Below, piece after piece: positions 58,701 through 64,000 of a stretch of 64,000 nucleotides of DNA. This stretch comes from Iphione sp. A-MEVVRFRX5 (Eukaryota). The notes below the pieces were generated by a model that was given only the letters and a program-made list of their open reading frames with translations, had not been told where the DNA came from and did not search any database. Location: the NCBI GenBank assembly GCA_976226885.1, contig OZ320313.1, forward strand, positions 118,978,001-119,042,000. Reading direction: 5' to 3'. Position 1 is the stretch's first letter. Each line of letters begins with the position of its first letter. A program made the translations under genes and the position numbers.

Positions 58701-61605
58701 GTGCAGACCCCATGGACCATCGGGTGCCATTGTCGCACGGCTTGTCACAACAATCATATGGCAAGGCACCAAGTCCGCAAGCTGCGCGCCAACACGGCAC
58801 CAATCTAATCATGACAGTGCATCTCCTGCCAGGATGAAGATAGTATGCCCACGCCTTTCCGAACTTCATGTGATGATCATTCGACTGTGTCGTGCAGTTT
58901 GATTGACCATCAATAACCACCACGCAGACACACTAGGGCATTTTCTCTCTCTTTCTCTCTCTTCCTCTCTCATTCTTCCTCTCTTTTCCTCTCTCCCTCT
59001 CTAACACCAACATAAAGAGATAACGTTGTTTTAGGTAGTGTGATTGGAATTTTCAATTTAACCTTAGCGTTTGGGGATGGGGCGAAATAACGTCGGGTCA
59101 GATTATGGAACCAACGTTTTGCTCCCATTTGTCTACCACGTTGACAGAATGTGTTGTATACAAAGCAATCCGATATTTCCTACTCGGAAATACTATGTAG
59201 TAGAACATACAGGCTGAAAAAGTCCCATGCCCCCAAAGCAGGAAGCCGCGTATGTGCCACATGGGAGCATTGATCTTGTGAACATACATTTTCACAGTTT
59301 TAGGTATTACATTCAGTTTACATAATATCACCCGCTCGTATTGGGAAACGCCCAGTCCAATCACACGACTTCTACTACACATCTTTTTCATAGCTACTGC
59401 TCGTGCACAGACTTCACTATCTCGAATTTCCGATAGCATCTACCTAAAGACAATTCCCGAAAGGTAAACACACTTATCCAAAGATCTATGTTTCTTTAAA
59501 AGTAGCAACTAAAATATTCTCTGATTTATAATGATAGCCCTGATAACGCTGGATTCTTAATGAAAAATCACGCAATAGTCCTCCGTTGTACAATAAAAAG
59601 GAGTGTGAAGAAATAATGTCCTGAGTAACTTCAATAAATCGGTCAAGAGGAGTGAGTCTATAAATTGCAGCATTTGATATTATCTCTTCCAAAGTATGTC
59701 ATCTCTTAGGGCGTGGGATGGGGTTAGGAATCATGTACTAGAGGTCAGTTCACCGCAATGGACCCTCCCTGTACTGCGGGGCTTAAAACCTGCAGGAAGG
59801 CAGTGCCTCAAACTGAAGTGATCGTGAGAAAGCTAACTACAGAACGTATGCGTCTTCCTGGCTCACAGGAATATGACTGTTTTAAAATGCTTCCTAGGTC
59901 TTAATAATTCCATGATTGACGCTGTGTATAAAAAGAAAAATGACTAACAGCCTATGCCTACAGATGAACCGTAACGTTTGGCTTTCCTCGTGTAGATACT
60001 GTGTTCCTCTTACAAGAAAATGTTCGCCTTTGGGTTATTCCCACTCTCCGACCATGCGAACATCCAAGCTTCCCCGGGCAGCAGGACCCCGGGGCTACAT
60101 CAATATTCCGCCAATAAACAAACGCAGGAGAGATATGCCTGTATGTACACGACGACAGGTCAAAGAGGTCAGGACCCAGGCTTGACCTGAGCTGAGAGGA
60201 CGAGGTGGATGGGGGGGGGGGGGGAGGAGGTTGCGCCGTGGGACATGTGCTTCTGGTCAGTGGCTCACAAATGATCATCGATCGTTGAGATCCATCCAAC
60301 AAGCCCCTCCCCCTAACGGTCCAACGCCACTTTCTCATGCGGGCCCCGACGGCAAGTGACACACGGGAAGGTGATTAGTCTCTTTGTGCGCCTTTCGAAA
60401 CGTTTACGATATTTTTTATTTCAACTTTGCTATCCATTTCATTTCATAAAGTTCACGGTTCAGCCTCATTCAGTACTGCTATTATGCACATTAGGCTTAC
60501 TGGAGACAGAGAAATGATAAATAACACTGCGAAAAAGGATAGAGATGATAAAGGATTTCCGTTTAAGCTATTCTACCCATGCTTCAGGAGAGAGGATTGA
60601 ATAAAAAACTAAGTGCGGATAGACGAAATGTTCACCATCTTTGGTTATGTCCATGACTGTAGCTGAACTATTTCATGCGGCATTCGCCGGAATTATTGCC
60701 AGCGAATCTTTTCGAATTGCTTCTGTAGAAGGTATGTGAATATAGTAATGCGTATATGTTTATAAATACATATATACAGTGTACATTCTTTCTATGAAGT
60801 GAATAATGTTCAGGTCGGATGTTTTTATCTGATATTTTTCAGCTACTATACTGATAATGTTGTTCGTTTATTTTCGTATGTTCTGTGGAAATATTAAACT
60901 GATATTTCCATACACACAAGAGATCTTACTATGGGTCATGCTCTTAGAAACCTGGTCGTTGATATTGTTAGAAATACGCTATAATTTTGTATCAATACTA
61001 TCACCATTACTAAATACAAACATTTTTATTGTAGATGTTCCTGCGTATGACAGCAAAAAGAACTCTTCAAGCCCCCCCCCCTTCACTGGATTTGCTAATT
61101 TAACATACCCAATAAATTTAAAATAAAGATAGTAAAATGGATTTAACCTGTAGTTTATCACTAAATGCTTTTTTTTGCTATTTCTTTTCCGTATCAATTC
61201 ATACATCGTGAGTAATCACTAAGAACCAGTACGTGACTTTCTCTACAAGAATAAGGATAAACAGGCAAGGTGCATATCAGTGCTGATTATATGAGGAGCT
61301 AGCAACAAAAAACACCCAATCTACATAAAGGTACGTTGGACATATGTCATTATCTCAATGAGAGATAGCAGTCGAACAAAAATAGCACCAGTAAAAAGGT
61401 ATTGAACACATGGAAAACAGAAATTATCACGCATATTAATGTAGAACGAAAGAGAAAGTACGTGTATTTCACTTGAACATTGAAAACATTGATAACTACA
61501 ACTCACAGCTACACTCACATCTTACATTTGTATTATCTATAAATGGCCCTAAAATTTATCTCCTGAACGTACAACTTATAACTCCAATGTTCTCCATCAG
61601 TGAAA

Positions 61606-62040
61606 GGGGTTGTTCACATACATGTATAACCATATGAAATATCTGTCTACGGGTTTGTAGATGTGAAATAACTCCTTCTGTCTGTATCTTAATTGCCTCC
61701 ATATTGTCAGCAGATGTCTCTTCGCCATTGAGGCAGATTTCACATGTATCTGTATTTTCTGAAAATGGATACAGCTCGATAGATGTATTTTATCAGTCCT
61801 ATAGGGCTTGTACTAATCTGTTCACATGTGGCCACATCTACAGGTATGGATCTGTATCCGTAGAGAGTAGATCTGTTGGTGATGGATCTTATATGGCTAC
61901 GGATCCATCTTCCTTAGGAGTCGATGGTGAAGAGACATCTGCTGACCATATGGAGGCAATAAAGATACAGACAGCAGGAGGTATTTCATGTCTACGGACC
62001 CATAGATGGATATGCCACACAGACGTATGTGAACAACCCC
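61606..62040. mobile_element. Long-palindromic PIF/Harbinger-type MITE
   Basis: GGGGTTGTTCACATA / TATGTGAACAACCCC perfect TIRs; internal arms ATTGCCTCCATATTGTCAGCAGATGTCTCTTC / GAAGAGACATCTGCTGACCATATGGAGGCAAT. Confidence 0.75.
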
Positions 62041-62599
62041 TGAGTCCTATTCTTGGAGTCGGCAATCCGGGCACTCTTAGCTAGTAACATGTAAACAAAC
62101 AGCTGTCAGAGTTGATTTCTCACATATTCAAATGTCATCATATGTTTCCATTGTGCAAAATGTATGAGTTAAACCTTAATGTAAATGACCATATTAGTGT
62201 TTAAATTTAAATCATTATCTAAAAGCTTTTATTCAGCAAAAATACTGCAGAGGTGAAGAGTTGGTGATAATTGGGGAGTTTGTGTATATTCTTATGTGAA
62301 GTCTAAGGCTTTGTTAAAACAAACCAGTGCAGATTTTGTCATATTCACTTCATCAAAAGGTGGGGCTACAGATACCTTCAATATAATGTAAGATGTAGTA
62401 ATGAAATCAGTGCCATATGATTATTATTGGACTAAACACTAAAATAGCTCAAAGAAGGAAACACACTACCTTTCACCTCCACCCCAGGCAACCTGACCCA
62501 TATATGACTGAGGGTACTGGCCTTATCAGCCCCTGTGACGTCATGCCGACTTGAAGAATGGAAAACAGATCTGTAACCATGGGAAATCTGTTGCCAACG

Positions 62600-62740
62600 G
62601 ATCTACTCTCTACATATATGGATCTGTAGCTATTGATATGGCCACATATGAACAGATTAGTACAGGTGCTATAGCACTAACAAAATACATCTGCAGAGCC
62701 ATATCCATTTAAAAAAAATATGGATACATGTGAAATTCAC
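62600..62740. mobile_element. Partial inverted copy of the interior of the 61606 element
   Basis: GGCCACATATGAACAGATTAGTACA...GATACATGTGAAAT is a reverse-complement match to about 61735-61880. Confidence 0.65.
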
Positions 62741-64000
62741 CTAACTACACAAACTTGCTGGTGAAGTGTCCATATGTCCATGGGTACAAATTAGTACACT
62801 CCTGGACTCAGAGTTCTGGTGGTCTAGGTTTCTGTAATATTATAAGATATTCTCTTCTTATTCACTCATCGGTTAATCATTAGTAGGACCCATTAGTAGG
62901 ATTATTACATCCAAGATATAGTTCTGTTTGGTAAAATGTATCTATATCTGTATATATACATACACCCACATAAAGAGAAAGATACTCAGACTGCCACGAA
63001 GTGCCAGTCGACCCATCGGCATGAGTTTTTGCACATCACATGCTGCCAAAGGCAAAGTGCAATATGCAAAAACGAATGTCGATGAGTTGACAGCCACTAA
63101 AGTGTGGTCATGGCTTTATTCCACACCCAATTCTATGTATTTTTGATAGGAACATACCTATTTGTATGCCTTTTAAGATCGATTATTTGCCTTTTTTGAC
63201 TCACTAACGGCATGTTTGGGGATAAGCGTCATGTTGAAGGATCGTTATGTGCATGACAGACCCAGTTTTATGACATACTGAGCATGCATGTTCGACAAAA
63301 TCTTTTTTTACTTCTGGTTTCAAGCAAGCATGACGCCCTGAACACAAATTCATCAAATAAACCGAAATATGAGTGGAAATGGCCACCAAACACGTTAGAA
63401 AGATGTGCTTATGAATTTGTTATTTTCCTTTTGTCTGAAATAGTCCAATGTCTCCATAGTTCTATGAAAAATAATATCGAGTCGAAATCATCCACTATTT
63501 TGTTTTGGTTATAATGGAGTGTACAAGCCTATTATGACATCCCATATTTCAACTTTTACCCCATACTGCATGAGCATGTGGTATTTAACACAGAAATGTA
63601 CGGTCAGATATTGCAGTAATGTGAAAGAATACTGCACGAGCAGGGAATAAATAGATATATGTAGAACCTCACAAATGAGGAAATCCCAGTTCCCAGTGAA
63701 AGTGTCCATATTTCTAGTCTTCTTCCCAGTTTTGGATGGTACCATGTAGAGATAAAATATTATGCTGTTTTTACACAAAGTGGCCCCAGTTCTAAAGGTG
63801 TCCTATGCCTTGGGTGTCCCTGGTCATTAGGTTGATAGTATATATGTACGGTTTTCCGTACCCTACAGATCCTTGAGGTTGTTTATGCTCGGCGCACATA
63901 CAAGACTAAGTAGGTCTACCGCAGTGGGCCAGTTATTGTTTCAGTGCATTCCATTTTTCAGCAGTGACTCCTTTTGAGGAAAATAATAGGATATGACGTG

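Overview
AT-rich, intron-rich animal genomic DNA, most likely amphioxus (Branchiostoma-like). The taxon is inferred from gene architecture and repeat style, not proven. Two convergent (tail-to-tail) multi-exon genes could be assembled by hand, with GT-AG introns and consistent reading phases. Gene A (+, 6550-25208, 19 coding exons, about 990 aa, 5' end not found) encodes an apparently intact receptor tyrosine kinase: FN3, then L1CAM/neuroglian-type Ig1-Ig2-Ig3-Ig4-Ig6, TM, a MET/RON-type kinase, and a tail with YLNI and DYR motifs. Gene B (-, 43077-34637, 11 coding exons resolved, about 450 aa) encodes a signal peptide, L1-type Ig1-Ig4 and a TM. It has the same intron-phase pattern as gene A but no detectable kinase, so it looks like a kinase-less, hemolin-like paralogue. 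The rest of the window holds non-autonomous DNA transposons (PIF/Harbinger-type, CACTG-ended and Tc1/mariner-type MITEs), micro- and minisatellites, a short interstitial TTAGGG array, a tRNA-like element and two GC-rich islands. No protein-coding gene was recognised between about 44 and 64 kb.
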